Positions 8,413-18,133 are shown, counted from the first letter of the stretch. The stretch: DNA of 32,000 nt from Deltaproteobacteria bacterium (GCA_019308745.1 JAFDHO010000015.1:1-32000); one strand, 5' to 3'. Notes: generated by a model from the sequence alone, not told the origin. Made by a program: numbers and translations.

Positions 8413-8682
8413 TATCTACCATAAAGATACATGATAATGCAACCTCTTGGGCCTTTCTCAGTGCTGGACCAGTGCCGGGACATGATGAACGAGGTGAAGG
8501 GTAACTGCGCCCGCAACCATTTGGCAGAACCCTCATCGGGCATCAAGAGGCCTTTATGCCATTATTCCGAAGCTGGAGGGTTCAGGAGGCCTGGTACCCT
8601 TTGAGGTCCTTGCCTCCTAGGTTCATCAATTGTAAGCGTGTGAAAATCTTGCGGCAATTGAGCTGCGCTAAAGGACAGGGTA

Positions 8683-9363
8683 ATGTTCACAATAGCATCA
8701 GAAGAGACATATCGTGACGGGCAGATTATCTTCAAAGAGGGGGCACCGGGAGACTGGGTCTACGTGGTCATTTCCGGTAAAGTGAAGATCATAAAAAATG
8801 TGAAGGGGAATAGCTTCATAGTAGCCATACTGGAGGCGGGGGAGGTCTTTGGTGAGCTGAGCTTTCTGGGGGGCATTAGCAGGACGGCAACTGCCCAAGC
8901 GGTAGGGGAGACCACCCTCGGCATTGTAGACCGAGACTCGCTGGACGCGGAATTCAACAAGATCTCATCTGACTTCAGGTATCTCATAGTCTCCTCGGTG
9001 AGACGTTTTCAAAAGATGCTGGATAGGGCCTGTGAGTTTTCAACCAGGGCCTCTCCCCGAGTGCAACGGACCATATCCCTGGCCTACAAGGACAAGAAAT
9101 CCTTCACAAAGGCTTACACCGGTAACATCAGCGCAGGCGGACTGTTTATCAAGACCCAGAAGCCCCTCAAGAAAGGGGAAACATTTTTGCTGAAGTTGCA
9201 GTTATCAGGCCTCCCCGAGCCCTTGAAAATAAACTGTGAAGTTGTGTGGTCAAGGGGTGGGGAGGAAGCCTCCGAGACCCGACCACCCGGGATGGGAGTG
9301 AAGTTCGGGACCATGAGCCAGACAGACAAGAAGATCCTCGAAAAATACTTGCGAGATATGTAA
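8683..9363 (+). CDS. cyclic-nucleotide-binding domain protein fused to a PilZ (c-di-GMP-binding) domain
   Basis: 226 aa. The N-terminal cNMP signature is FGELSFLGGISRTATAQA. The C-terminal PilZ motifs are RASPR (RxxxR) and NISAGG (D/NxSxxG), followed by GMGVKF. Confidence 0.85.
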   Translation: MFTIASEETYRDGQIIFKEGAPGDWVYVVISGKVKIIKNVKGNSFIVAILEAGEVFGELSFLGGISRTATAQAVGETTLGIVDRDSLDAEFNKISSDFRYLIVSSVRRFQKMLDRACEFSTRASPRVQRTISLAYKDKKSFTKAYTGNISAGGLFIKTQKPLKKGETFLLKLQLSGLPEPLKINCEVVWSRGGEEASETRPPGMGVKFGTMSQTDKKILEKYLRDM

Positions 9364-9383
9364 GATCTCCAATAGGACATAAC

Positions 9384-9521
9384 GCCGTGTTCGTGTTGCA
9401 GCCTTTTCTCAAAGGATCAACGGAATATGGCCCTTCTGGATCGCTATGTTGATCTGTCTGCTCATCCTCACGGTGTTTCCGCAGGTTGCCATGTTTTTGC
9501 CCAATACCATGAAAGGTTGAG
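9384..9521 (+). pseudogene. relic of the 3' end of a TRAP transporter large permease (DctM-like)
   Basis: Frame 3 reads ...INGIWPFWIAMLICLLILTVFPQVAMFLPNTMKG then stop (9519-9521). This resembles the characteristic DctM C-terminal helix and LP tail. The frame closes at a TAA at 9381, so there is no upstream gene body. Confidence 0.5.
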
Positions 9522-9569
9522 AAAGACCCCGGAAGTTCGCAGATGCCTCGAGTGAGTCGGAATCACTTA

Positions 9570-10154
9570 CTACCGGACGCTCGGGTGCCTGTAAGCGGGA
9601 GAATCAATGTGCAGGAGCCTTATCCTGAATTCGTCCTCGCTCAGACTACTATTCCAGTGGCCAGTGATCCTGGCCGTATACACCAGGGAGAGGAAAAGGA
9701 GGACCAGCAATCTGAGTTCATCCAAGAGACTCCTCTGGCCCTTCAATATCTTCTCTCTTGCCAATTCCAGGGGAAACCACTCGGCCCTGTCCACTTCGGG
9801 GAATTCCCGATATTTTCCGGACTTGGGGGGCCACTCCATCCTGAAGGGGTTACTCGCTATCTTCCGTGGATCGCAATCCCCTTCCAGGGCCCAGGCCAAG
9901 ACGATCTTGCCCCCGGGCTGCGTGACAGGCCTAAGGGGGATAAATTGCCCCTCTGCAACGAATCCGGTCTCTTCTTGGAACTCGCGCCTTGCCGCATGAA
10001 GTGGGTCCTCGCCCTCGGAATACTCTCCTTTGGGGATAGACCAGGCACCAAGATCCTTCTTGGCCCAAAAGGGCCCGCCAGGGTGCACAAGGAATACCTC
10101 CAGGGAGTTCCCAATGAATCGGTACATGAGGATGCGGGCGCTCTTCTTGGGCAT
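9570..10154 (-). CDS. NUDIX hydrolase
   Basis: Nudix box GEYSEGEDPLHAARREFQEETGF. The likely start is ATG 10154 (MPKKSARILMYRF) with a GAGGA ribosome-binding site; the track ORF extends to 10241. The C-terminal ~47 aa (LRLLVLLFLSLVY...) look like a non-family tail. Confidence 0.85.
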   Translation of the reverse strand: MPKKSARILMYRFIGNSLEVFLVHPGGPFWAKKDLGAWSIPKGEYSEGEDPLHAARREFQEETGFVAEGQFIPLRPVTQPGGKIVLAWALEGDCDPRKIASNPFRMEWPPKSGKYREFPEVDRAEWFPLELAREKILKGQRSLLDELRLLVLLFLSLVYTARITGHWNSSLSEDEFRIRLLHIDSPAYRHPSVR

Positions 10155-10349
10155 ATCATCCTCTTGAAGATCCAGGAAATCGCAGGCCCTGGATAAACAA
10201 GAACGTCCGGCACGCAAAATGCCAAGTTCTTCCTGTCTCATTCTTCTGGGATTTCCTGCAACTCATAGGCTCCCCTCAAAGGAGATGAATACAAAGAGGC
10301 TGCGGCTTGTGGCTCTGGTATAGCCTTCTTCCGGGAATCAAATGTTCAC

Positions 10350-10378
10350 TTGACACCCTACGGCACACAACATATTTT
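10350..10378 (+). promoter_or_regulatory. sigma70-type promoter candidate for the ABC transporter operon
   Basis: TTGACA (10350-10355), 17-nt spacer, TATTTT (10373-10378), about 120 nt upstream of the first permease gene. Confidence 0.35.
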
Positions 10379-10495
10379 GAAAATCATGGGACCTTGATGC
10401 AAGCGCACGGGGTTGGATTTCTCAACCGGCGACGTATCGGGTGTTGATTGGGCCGCATTCATTTGAGGCATTCCCCCAAATAGACCAGGTAAAAT

Positions 10496-11314
10496 ATGGA
10501 AGAATATTTGGCCATGGGCCGAAATGTCCTTAGATTTCTCAGGGCATCAATCATAGGCGATCTTGTAAGGTTTTTTCTGCTCCTGGCCGCTATTACCTGG
10601 TTGATAGCGCGGGGCACGGATGTCCTTGGTTACAACTGGCAGTGGTACCGGGTCCCAGGCTACATATTCACTTACGGAAGTGATGGGTTTCGCGCCGGCC
10701 CCCTTCTCCAGGGTCTCGTGGTGACCTTTAAGATCACGGGATTGAGTCTGATTCTCGCCATGGTGTTTGGTCTGGTAACGGCCCTGTTCAGATTGTCACA
10801 ATCCTTTGCCGCTTCGGCCCTGGCCAGGATATATATGGAGGTCACGAGAAACACCCCATTGCTCGTTCAGCTCTTCTTTATCTATTTCGTAATGGGGCCC
10901 GTACTGGGTATCAGCCGCTTCTTTTCCGCGGTCTTGGCCCTCAGCCTGTTTGAAGGCGCTTATGCCTCGGAAATATTCCGGGCCGGTATTGTCTCTATCC
11001 AGAAGGGTCAGTGGGAAGCCGCCTACAGCCTAGGTCTCAGCGGTTACAGCACTTACCGGTACATCATTCTCCCCCAGGCCCTCAGGCGTGTTTTACCCCC
11101 TCTCACGGGCCAGGCCATATCCCTGGTAAAGGACTCCGCTCTGGTGAGCACCATTGCCGTCTATGACCTGACCATGCGGGGGCAGGAGATAATTGCGGAT
11201 ACCTATCTCGCCTTCGAGATATGGTTTGCTGTGGCCGGGATCTATCTGATCATCACGGTGGCGCTGTCGATTTGTGTCGCCCTGATGGAAAGACGACTCA
11301 GCATTGCTGCCTAG
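10496..11314 (+). CDS. polar amino-acid ABC transporter permease (HisM/GlnP family)
   Basis: 272 aa, polytopic, with the EAA-type loop EAAYSLGLSGYSTYRYIILPQALRRVLPPL. Confidence 0.9.
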   Translation: MEEYLAMGRNVLRFLRASIIGDLVRFFLLLAAITWLIARGTDVLGYNWQWYRVPGYIFTYGSDGFRAGPLLQGLVVTFKITGLSLILAMVFGLVTALFRLSQSFAASALARIYMEVTRNTPLLVQLFFIYFVMGPVLGISRFFSAVLALSLFEGAYASEIFRAGIVSIQKGQWEAAYSLGLSGYSTYRYIILPQALRRVLPPLTGQAISLVKDSALVSTIAVYDLTMRGQEIIADTYLAFEIWFAVAGIYLIITVALSICVALMERRLSIAA

Positions 11315-11324
11315 GGAATGAGCC

Positions 11325-12089
11325 ATGAGGAATTCCAGGGGAAAGAAGGATCTCGGGGATTATATTATTACGGTGGACGGTGTAACCAAGACTTTCCCTA
11401 ATGGTGTCAGGGCCCTTGATAACTTTTCCACAAGAATCCGTCGCAAGGAGGTCCTGGTGATCATCGGTCCCTCCGGCTCCGGGAAATCAACTTTTCTCAG
11501 GTGCCTTAACGGGCTGGAGGAGGTAGACAGGGGTAGGATCATTGTGGATGGGATACCCCTTGACAGGAACAAGAAGAACCGCCTTGAAATCCGCAAAGAG
11601 GTGGGAATGGTCTTTCAATTGTTCAACCTCTTTCCTCACTTGACAGTGCTGGAGAACGTAAACCTGGCCCAGAGATTGGTCAGAAAAAAGAGCAAGGAAG
11701 AGGCCACGAGGACTTCCATGGAACTGCTCCGTCACGTTGGTATACCGGAAAAGGCCAATACCTTTCCCAATCACCTGAGTGGGGGCCAACAGCAGCGAGT
11801 TGCCATTGCCAGGGCCCTCGCCATGAAACCGAAGGTCATGCTCTTTGATGAGGCAACCAGTGCCCTCGACCCCGAGATGATAGGCGAAGTCCTTGACGTC
11901 ATGAGAAGGCTTGCCAGGGAAGGCATGACCATGGTTGTGGTAACCCATGAAATGGGCTTTGCCCGTGAAGTGGGTGACTGGATGATCTTCATGGAAAACG
12001 GAAGGATAGTGGAAGAGGGGACCCCCGAGGATATCTTTGAAAACCCAAAGGAGGAGCGGACAAAGGGGTTCCTGAGTCAAATACTATAG
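11325..12089 (+). CDS. polar amino-acid ABC transporter ATP-binding protein
   Basis: Walker [10 protein letters not shown], signature [15 protein letters not shown], Walker [12 protein letters not shown]; GlnQ/HisP-like throughout. Confidence 0.95.
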   Translation: MRNSRGKKDLGDYIITVDGVTKTFPNGVRALDNFSTRIRRKEVLVIIGPSGSGKSTFLRCLNGLEEVDRGRIIVDGIPLDRNKKNRLEIRKEVGMVFQLFNLFPHLTVLENVNLAQRLVRKKSKEEATRTSMELLRHVGIPEKANTFPNHLSGGQQQRVAIARALAMKPKVMLFDEATSALDPEMIGEVLDVMRRLAREGMTMVVVTHEMGFAREVGDWMIFMENGRIVEEGTPEDIFENPKEERTKGFLSQIL

Positions 12090-12105
12090 GAGGGAAGAGA
12101 TCGTA

Positions 12106-12124
12106 CAAGGTCTTGACGACCTTG
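12106..12124 (+). other. short intercistronic hairpin between the ATPase and binding-protein genes
   Basis: CAAGGTC-TTGAC-GACCTTG: a perfect 7-bp stem with a 5-nt loop and no T-run. It may be an mRNA processing or stability element. Confidence 0.3.
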
Positions 12125-12143
12125 AAATGAAAGGAGAGGGTGT

Positions 12144-12980
12144 ATGAAGAAGCATCTGAGTTCTTGGGTCGCAGCGGTATGTGCTGTCTTTCTATTGGTC
12201 ACCTTGGCCGGTGTGGCCACGGCGGGCAAGCTGCAACAGCAACTGGTGCAGGAGAGTACCGTAGAGCAGGTCCTCAAACGAGGTGTACTCAGGGTGGGCA
12301 TGTCCACTTTTGTCCCTTGGGCCATGAAAGATAAGACAGGCAGATTGATCGGTTTTGAAATCGACGTGGCCACCAGACTGGCACAGGACATGGGGGTAAA
12401 GGTCGAATTCGTCCCCACCAAGTGGGCAGGAATTATCCCCGCCCTGCTCACAGGGAAATTTGATGTCATCATTGGTGGTATGGGGATCCTGCCCAAACGT
12501 AACCTCAAGGTCAACTTCACCATCCCATATGACATGACAGGCATGTCCATGGTTGCGCATAAGGAGCTTGCAGCAGGCTTTGATAGCTTGGAAGACTTCA
12601 ATCGCCCCAACGTTATTCTGTCTGTGAGGCTGGGGGCAACCCCGGTGGCAGCGGCAAAGAAATTCATGCCAAAGGCTCAATTGAGAAAATTTGATGATGA
12701 GTCGCAGGCCTACCTGGAACTCTTGAACGGTAAGGCCCATGCGGTAGTGGCCTCCGCACCGACGCCAGCTTTCTACGCCTTGAAGTACCCCGATAAGCTC
12801 TTTCTGCCCTTGAAAGAAACATTTACGAAGGAGCCCATCGGGTTCGCGGTGAGGAAGGGGGATTTCGACACGGTGAATTTCTTCAATAACTGGATAACAG
12901 TGGTACAGTCCGAGGGATGGCTGAAGGAACGAAAGCATTACTGGTTCAGGACAAGGGACTGGGAAAGCAGGCTGAAATAG
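12144..12980 (+). CDS. amino-acid ABC transporter substrate-binding protein (family 3), secreted
   Basis: 278 aa. Signal-like N-terminus MKKHLSSWVAAVCAVFLLVTLAGVATA, then GVLRVGMSTFVPWAMKD ... GFEIDVA ... WAGIIPALLTGKFDVIIGGM. Confidence 0.9.
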   Translation: MKKHLSSWVAAVCAVFLLVTLAGVATAGKLQQQLVQESTVEQVLKRGVLRVGMSTFVPWAMKDKTGRLIGFEIDVATRLAQDMGVKVEFVPTKWAGIIPALLTGKFDVIIGGMGILPKRNLKVNFTIPYDMTGMSMVAHKELAAGFDSLEDFNRPNVILSVRLGATPVAAAKKFMPKAQLRKFDDESQAYLELLNGKAHAVVASAPTPAFYALKYPDKLFLPLKETFTKEPIGFAVRKGDFDTVNFFNNWITVVQSEGWLKERKHYWFRTRDWESRLK

Positions 12981-13029
12981 CCCTTGACGCTTTTGGACAG
13001 ACCCCACCTGTTCCACCAGGTTCCCGGCC

Positions 13030-13989
13030 TTGAGCATAGCCGAAGGGGGCGTACTCATGTGTACGCCTCAGTCATGTAAGAAGGAGAAAGGACAGTTTCG
13101 TCAGTTGATCAGAGGAAAGAGGACGATAACCTATCTGGACGGAATCATCGGAGCCTTTGTCGCAGCCTTCGGGATCTATGTCATCTACAGGATAACCGTT
13201 GGGCTCCAATACAAATGGAACTGGGGGGCCATTCCACAATATATCCTGCGCTACGAAGAAGAGGGCCGCGGCCTGGTGCCGAACCTTCTCCTCCAAGGAC
13301 TCTTCACGACCATCCGCCTAAGCCTGTGGGGGACCTTTCTTGCCACTATATTCGGGACAGTCATGGGGCTCTGCCGGGTGAGTCATGGTCTCTTCAATCG
13401 ATTGGTCGGAAGGACCTATGTGGAGTTGATACGAAATCTCCCTCCCCTGGTGATCATCTTCATCTTTTACTATTTCATGAGCGGACAGATCATGTCGGCC
13501 CTGGGCGTGGATGACTTTGTCTTAAACCTGCCGGAAGGTGCAAAGGCCCTTGTATCCTTTCTCTTTGCGCCACCTTCTCTCGTCAGTCCCTTCCTCTCGG
13601 CCCTTGTTGCCCTCGCCATATTTGAAGGGGCCTATATAACGGAAATCATAAGGTCGGGAATCCAGTCCATAGAGAGGGGTATATGGGAGGCGGGCCACGC
13701 CCTCGGGCTGACCCGCTGGCAGCAGATGCGGCATGTAATCCTTCCGTTGACTGTGCAAAGGGTGCTTCCTCCCCTTGCGGGGCAGTTCATTTCCACAATA
13801 AAGGATTCTGCTATTGTTTCGGTCATTTCCATCCAGGAGCTTACCTTTCAAGGCATGGAGTTGATGGCGGCAACATATCTTACTTTCGAGGTGTGGATCA
13901 CGATCACCGTCCTTTATCTCCTCCTAACACTGAGTCTGTCCCTGGGGGTAGAACGTTTGGAGGTCTATTTGCGGAGGAGCGAGGCCTGA
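13030..13989 (+). CDS. polar amino-acid ABC transporter permease (second subunit)
   Basis: 319 aa, polytopic, with EAA loop WEAGHALGLTRWQQMRHVILPLTVQRVLPPL. The start is uncertain: 13030 or ATG 13057. Confidence 0.9.
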   Translation: MSIAEGGVLMCTPQSCKKEKGQFRQLIRGKRTITYLDGIIGAFVAAFGIYVIYRITVGLQYKWNWGAIPQYILRYEEEGRGLVPNLLLQGLFTTIRLSLWGTFLATIFGTVMGLCRVSHGLFNRLVGRTYVELIRNLPPLVIIFIFYYFMSGQIMSALGVDDFVLNLPEGAKALVSFLFAPPSLVSPFLSALVALAIFEGAYITEIIRSGIQSIERGIWEAGHALGLTRWQQMRHVILPLTVQRVLPPLAGQFISTIKDSAIVSVISIQELTFQGMELMAATYLTFEVWITITVLYLLLTLSLSLGVERLEVYLRRSEA

Positions 13990-13990
13990 G

Positions 13991-16252
13991 ATGGAAAAGA
14001 TGAAATCACCGGCATTGGAGTCGAACGATATTCTTTTCGGATCTGATCCCACCGAGAGGATTGTCGCGGTGGAGCCGGTGGATGGGTCCAAAATGAGGCT
14101 ATTCATGCGCCGGAAAGGTGGCGTCGAGTCGAGGGATGAAATATTCCATCCCTTCATGATCATAGAGGATGAGGCACTTTTGGACAATTTCAACGGATCT
14201 TGGCAGACCGAGGGTCTCTCGGGGGCCAACGAATACCGCCACCTCGTTTTCTTTGAAAACTGGTCGGAGTGCCAAAGGGCCAAGACCTATCTCCACAAAA
14301 AGACAGGAAAACCTCCTTCTTCCCCAAGGGCTCCCTATCTCTTTGTATCAGATCCGGTCCATCAATATCTCCTTCTAACGGGAAAGACCCTGTTCAAGGG
14401 GCTGCTTTTCGACGAGCTGCACAGGATGGCCCTGGATATAGAGACGTTCTGTGCTCCGGGATATGAATTCCCCAATCCCCTGAGGGAGGAGGACAGGATC
14501 ATCTCCGTGGCAATCATGGATAATCGAGGCAACTCCCAGGTCTTCTTCGGCAGAGACATGAACGAAGAGGAGATGCTGTTGGCATTGGGCGAAAAGATTA
14601 CCAGTTTGGATCCGGACGTGCTGGAAGGTCACAACATATTTAACTTCGATCTCGAATATATCGCAGCAAGGGCTCGGATGTACGGCATCCCTCTCAACTG
14701 GGGAAGGGACGGTAGCCGACCGAAGATTCGGAGATCCAGATTCAATGTGGCAGAGCGAATCATTGACTACACCCGTTTCGAGATCTTCGGGCGGCATGTG
14801 GTGGATACGATGTTCCTCCTCCAGTACTATGACGTCACCGCGAGGAAGTTGGAGAGTTACGGCCTCAAGAGTGCAGCCAGACACTTCGGTATTTCGGATG
14901 ACGAGCGGACCTACATCCGGAGCGAGGACATCAAATGGACCTATGATCACAGGCCGGGAGACCTGAAGAAATATAACTTGGATGATGCAAAAGAAACCCT
15001 CGGCCTGTCCGAGCTGTTGGGATATAGCTTCTTTCTCCAGGCACGGATCTTTCCCTTTTCATACCAGAATATCTTCGTGAGGGGTAATGCCACAAAGATA
15101 GATGCCCTGTTCCTGAGAGAATATCTGAGAAAGAGGGAGTCTATCCCAAAGCCTGCGGGCAGGAGGGCCTTTGAGGGAGGATATACGGACACCTTTGTGA
15201 AGGGAGTCGTACAAAATGTCATCCATTGTGATGTAGCCAGCCTTTACCCTTCGATCCTGCTTACTTACGGGCTGAACCCCTCGAGGGAGAAACTGGGCAT
15301 TTTTCTTCCCCTGTTGGGGGATCTGAGGACATTTCGCATGGAGGCAAAGACGTGTGCAGGAGAGGCCGCTTCTCCTCAGGAGCGCGACTATTTCGAGGCA
15401 CTTCAACAGACCTTCAAGATCCTGATAAATTCCTTTTATGGCTATCTGGGGACCGAACACCATCACTTTTCGGATCCGGAACTCGCCGCAGAAGTCACGA
15501 GACAGGGCAGGCATATCATCCGCCAGATGCTCCAGTGGCTAAGAGAGCACCGTGCCATCCCGATAGAGATCGACACGGATGGCATCTACTTCATTCCTCC
15601 ACCCGGCATGGAAACAGAAACCGCTGCCCAGGCCTTCGTTGAACGTCTATCTGAAAGTCTTCCCGAAGGGATCGAAGTCGCCATGGACGGGAGATACAGG
15701 GCCATGTTTTCATACAAGAGCAAGAACTATGCGCTCCTGGACTTTGAAGGTAACATGATTATTAAAGGAAGCGCCCTCCGCTCGAGGGGTATGGAGAAGT
15801 ATCTCAGGGACTTCCTCTCATCCATGATACGGTTGCTCCTGGAAGGCAGGGGCGAGCAGGTCTATGAGCTTCTGAATGATTATATGGGTAGACTGGAGAA
15901 TCACCGCATGGGGATCTCTAACCTGGCCAAGACCGAGACCCTTGCCGAATCCCCGGAGATCTATCGCCAGAAGGTTTCCGCACGGAAGCGGAATCCTTCT
16001 GCAACCTATGAGCTGGCCCTCCTATCGGAGCGGGAATATCGGGCCGGGGATCAGATCTCCTATTACGTGACGGGGGAGAAGAAAAGGGTGAGGGTCTACG
16101 ACAATTGCAAGCTCATCAGCAATTACGATCCGGAACATCCCGATGAAAATATTGCCTATTACAAGGACAAGCTAATGAGCTTCTTCAAGAAGTTCGAAGA
16201 ATATGTTCCCCATGCCGCAGGACAACAGGCCGTTAGGGGCAAGACTCTATAG
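13991..16252 (+). CDS. polB: family B DNA polymerase (Pol II-like)
   Basis: 753 aa. Exonuclease motifs LDIETF, HNIFNFDLEYI and YNLDDA; polymerase motifs DVASLYPSILL (A), KILINSFYGYLG (B) and IEIDTDGIYF (C). Its ATG lies 1 nt after the permease stop codon. Confidence 0.9.
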   Translation: MEKMKSPALESNDILFGSDPTERIVAVEPVDGSKMRLFMRRKGGVESRDEIFHPFMIIEDEALLDNFNGSWQTEGLSGANEYRHLVFFENWSECQRAKTYLHKKTGKPPSSPRAPYLFVSDPVHQYLLLTGKTLFKGLLFDELHRMALDIETFCAPGYEFPNPLREEDRIISVAIMDNRGNSQVFFGRDMNEEEMLLALGEKITSLDPDVLEGHNIFNFDLEYIAARARMYGIPLNWGRDGSRPKIRRSRFNVAERIIDYTRFEIFGRHVVDTMFLLQYYDVTARKLESYGLKSAARHFGISDDERTYIRSEDIKWTYDHRPGDLKKYNLDDAKETLGLSELLGYSFFLQARIFPFSYQNIFVRGNATKIDALFLREYLRKRESIPKPAGRRAFEGGYTDTFVKGVVQNVIHCDVASLYPSILLTYGLNPSREKLGIFLPLLGDLRTFRMEAKTCAGEAASPQERDYFEALQQTFKILINSFYGYLGTEHHHFSDPELAAEVTRQGRHIIRQMLQWLREHRAIPIEIDTDGIYFIPPPGMETETAAQAFVERLSESLPEGIEVAMDGRYRAMFSYKSKNYALLDFEGNMIIKGSALRSRGMEKYLRDFLSSMIRLLLEGRGEQVYELLNDYMGRLENHRMGISNLAKTETLAESPEIYRQKVSARKRNPSATYELALLSEREYRAGDQISYYVTGEKKRVRVYDNCKLISNYDPEHPDENIAYYKDKLMSFFKKFEEYVPHAAGQQAVRGKTL

Positions 16253-18058
16253 TCTGCACTCCTCAGGATCGCACCGGGAGGCATGATCGTAGTGCAGGGC
16301 TTCTTCATCCACGCCGAGCTCCAGTACCTGCAACGCCTTACTCCCGTAACGGTAGATAGTGACACCCTTCAGGCCCAGTTCCCAGGCCCTCCAGTAGATG
16401 CTGGCCACGTCCTGGACAGCAGCATCCGCAGGAAGATTGACTGTCTTGGATACGGAATTGTCAACGTGCTTCTGGAAGGCGGCCTGAATTTCGAGGTGCC
16501 TGTCAGGGGTAATATCGAGGGCGGTCACAAAGAGTCTTTTGATGTCCTCAGGTATCGCGGCCGACGTCTTGACGCTGCCCTTTTCAAGGGTCTCTTCCAG
16601 TACGGACTCGACGTCCAGCTCATATCGGTCGAGCAGTTCGAGGAGGACGGGATTGATCTCATAGAGGCTCTGGTCTCCGAGCACATGGGTTCTTTTGTAT
16701 GCGAGGGCAAAGAAGGGTTCGATGCTCGCGCTGGTATCCGCTATTATGGCAATGGTGCCGGTGGGGGCAATGGCGGTTCGGGTGGCATTTCGGACCTTCT
16801 CATGCCGCGCCTCGTGGATGCTTCCGCGCCAATTGGGGAAAACGCCCCGATCCCGGGCGAGTTGAATGGAAGTCCTTCGGGCCTGCCCGGCGATAACATG
16901 CATGATTTCCTGACCCAGTTTGACTGCCTCTGGGGAGTCATAGGGTATGGACATGCGGATGAGCATTTCCGCAAATCCCATCACACCTAAGCCGATCTTT
17001 CGGTTTCCCCTGGTGACCCGGCTGATTTCGGGGACCGGATACCTGCTGACCTCTATGACATTGTCCAGGAACCTTGTGGCCACCTCTACCGTGGAGCGGA
17101 GCTTCTCCCAGTCGATTGTAACGGTCCCCCCGTTATTGCCGAGCATCCGCGCGAGGTTGATGGATCCAAGGTTGCAGGACTCGTAGGGGAGGAGGGGTAC
17201 TTCCCCGCAGGGATTGGTGGCCTCGATTTGCCCCAGGTGTGGGGTCGGATTGGCCCGGTTGATGGAATCCAGGAAAAGGAGGCCGGGATCCCCGGTCTCC
17301 CATGCCGCCCTGACGATCCGCTCGAATACTTCCTTGGCCTTCAGGCTGCCACGGACTTTGCCCGTGCTCGGGTGGATGAGGTCATAGGGGAGGTCCTTTC
17401 CGGCAGCTTCCATGAACTTATCGGTTATCCCTACTGAGATGTTGAAGTTCCTAAGGCTCTTGCCGTCGAGCTTTGCCTCAATGAATTCAAGGATATCGGG
17501 GTGGTCGACCCTGAGCACGCCCATGTTGGCCCCCCTCCGTTTTCCGCCCTGCTTGATGTTCTCCGTTGCGCAATCGAAGATCTTCATGAAAGATACAGGG
17601 CCTGATGCCTCTCCGGAGGTAGACGCGACCATATCGCCCTTGGGCCGCAAGCGGGAAAAGGAAAACCCCGTCCCGCCCCCTGTACGCTGAACTAGTGCCA
17701 TGTCTTTCAAGGCGTCAAATATCCCTTCCATGGAATCTTCCACGGGCAGGACAAAACAGGCACTCAACTGGCCAAGGGGTTTCCCCGCGTTCATGAGGGT
17801 GGGGGAGTTGGGGAGAAAACTCAAGGACATAAGTACCTCATGGAATCTTTCCCCCCAAAGCTCTGCGGCGGAAGGTCCGCTAAAGGAAAGTTCTGCGTCG
17901 GCTACGGCCCGGGCCACGGACACGAAAAGCTCCTCGGGGGTTTCCACGATCCGCCGGTCCCTATCCTTTCGCAGGTAGCGGGCCTGGAGGACCTTCAAGG
18001 CATTCTTGGAGAGTTTCAGCTTGTTCTGAGCCATTCCCATGCCATCACGCTTCCGCAA
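16247..18058 (-). CDS. nrdJ: class II (adenosylcobalamin-dependent) ribonucleotide reductase
   Basis: 603 aa with GGGTGFSFSRLRPKG, NPCGEVPLLPYESCNLGSINL and a C-terminal Cys pair (CDPEEC). Start could be 18058, 18040 or 18034. Its 3' end overlaps polB by 6 nt, convergently. Confidence 0.92.
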   Translation of the reverse strand: MRKRDGMGMAQNKLKLSKNALKVLQARYLRKDRDRRIVETPEELFVSVARAVADAELSFSGPSAAELWGERFHEVLMSLSFLPNSPTLMNAGKPLGQLSACFVLPVEDSMEGIFDALKDMALVQRTGGGTGFSFSRLRPKGDMVASTSGEASGPVSFMKIFDCATENIKQGGKRRGANMGVLRVDHPDILEFIEAKLDGKSLRNFNISVGITDKFMEAAGKDLPYDLIHPSTGKVRGSLKAKEVFERIVRAAWETGDPGLLFLDSINRANPTPHLGQIEATNPCGEVPLLPYESCNLGSINLARMLGNNGGTVTIDWEKLRSTVEVATRFLDNVIEVSRYPVPEISRVTRGNRKIGLGVMGFAEMLIRMSIPYDSPEAVKLGQEIMHVIAGQARRTSIQLARDRGVFPNWRGSIHEARHEKVRNATRTAIAPTGTIAIIADTSASIEPFFALAYKRTHVLGDQSLYEINPVLLELLDRYELDVESVLEETLEKGSVKTSAAIPEDIKRLFVTALDITPDRHLEIQAAFQKHVDNSVSKTVNLPADAAVQDVASIYWRAWELGLKGVTIYRYGSKALQVLELGVDEEALHYDHASRCDPEECRL

Positions 18059-18133
18059 GACGCCATCCCCGCAAACGTGGGCCTTTCTCTAGGTACCCCT
18101 TGCATAACTCTCCGGGACACGCAACACACTATA

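Noticed and set aside
8446-8682. c-di-GMP (GEMM) riboswitch in the long leader of the PilZ-domain gene.
   Set aside because: GGCAGAACC and GCATCAAGAGGCC are only vaguely reminiscent of the GGCAAACC and GACGCAAAGCC elements. No GNRA tetraloop/receptor pair or matching helices could be drawn.
13991-16252. polB as the marker of a casposon, pipolin or other self-replicating mobile element or defence island.
   Set aside because: No Cas1, integrase, terminal inverted repeats, tRNA target or phage/plasmid genes flank it. It has standard exonuclease and DTDG polymerase motifs, and its neighbours are housekeeping genes.
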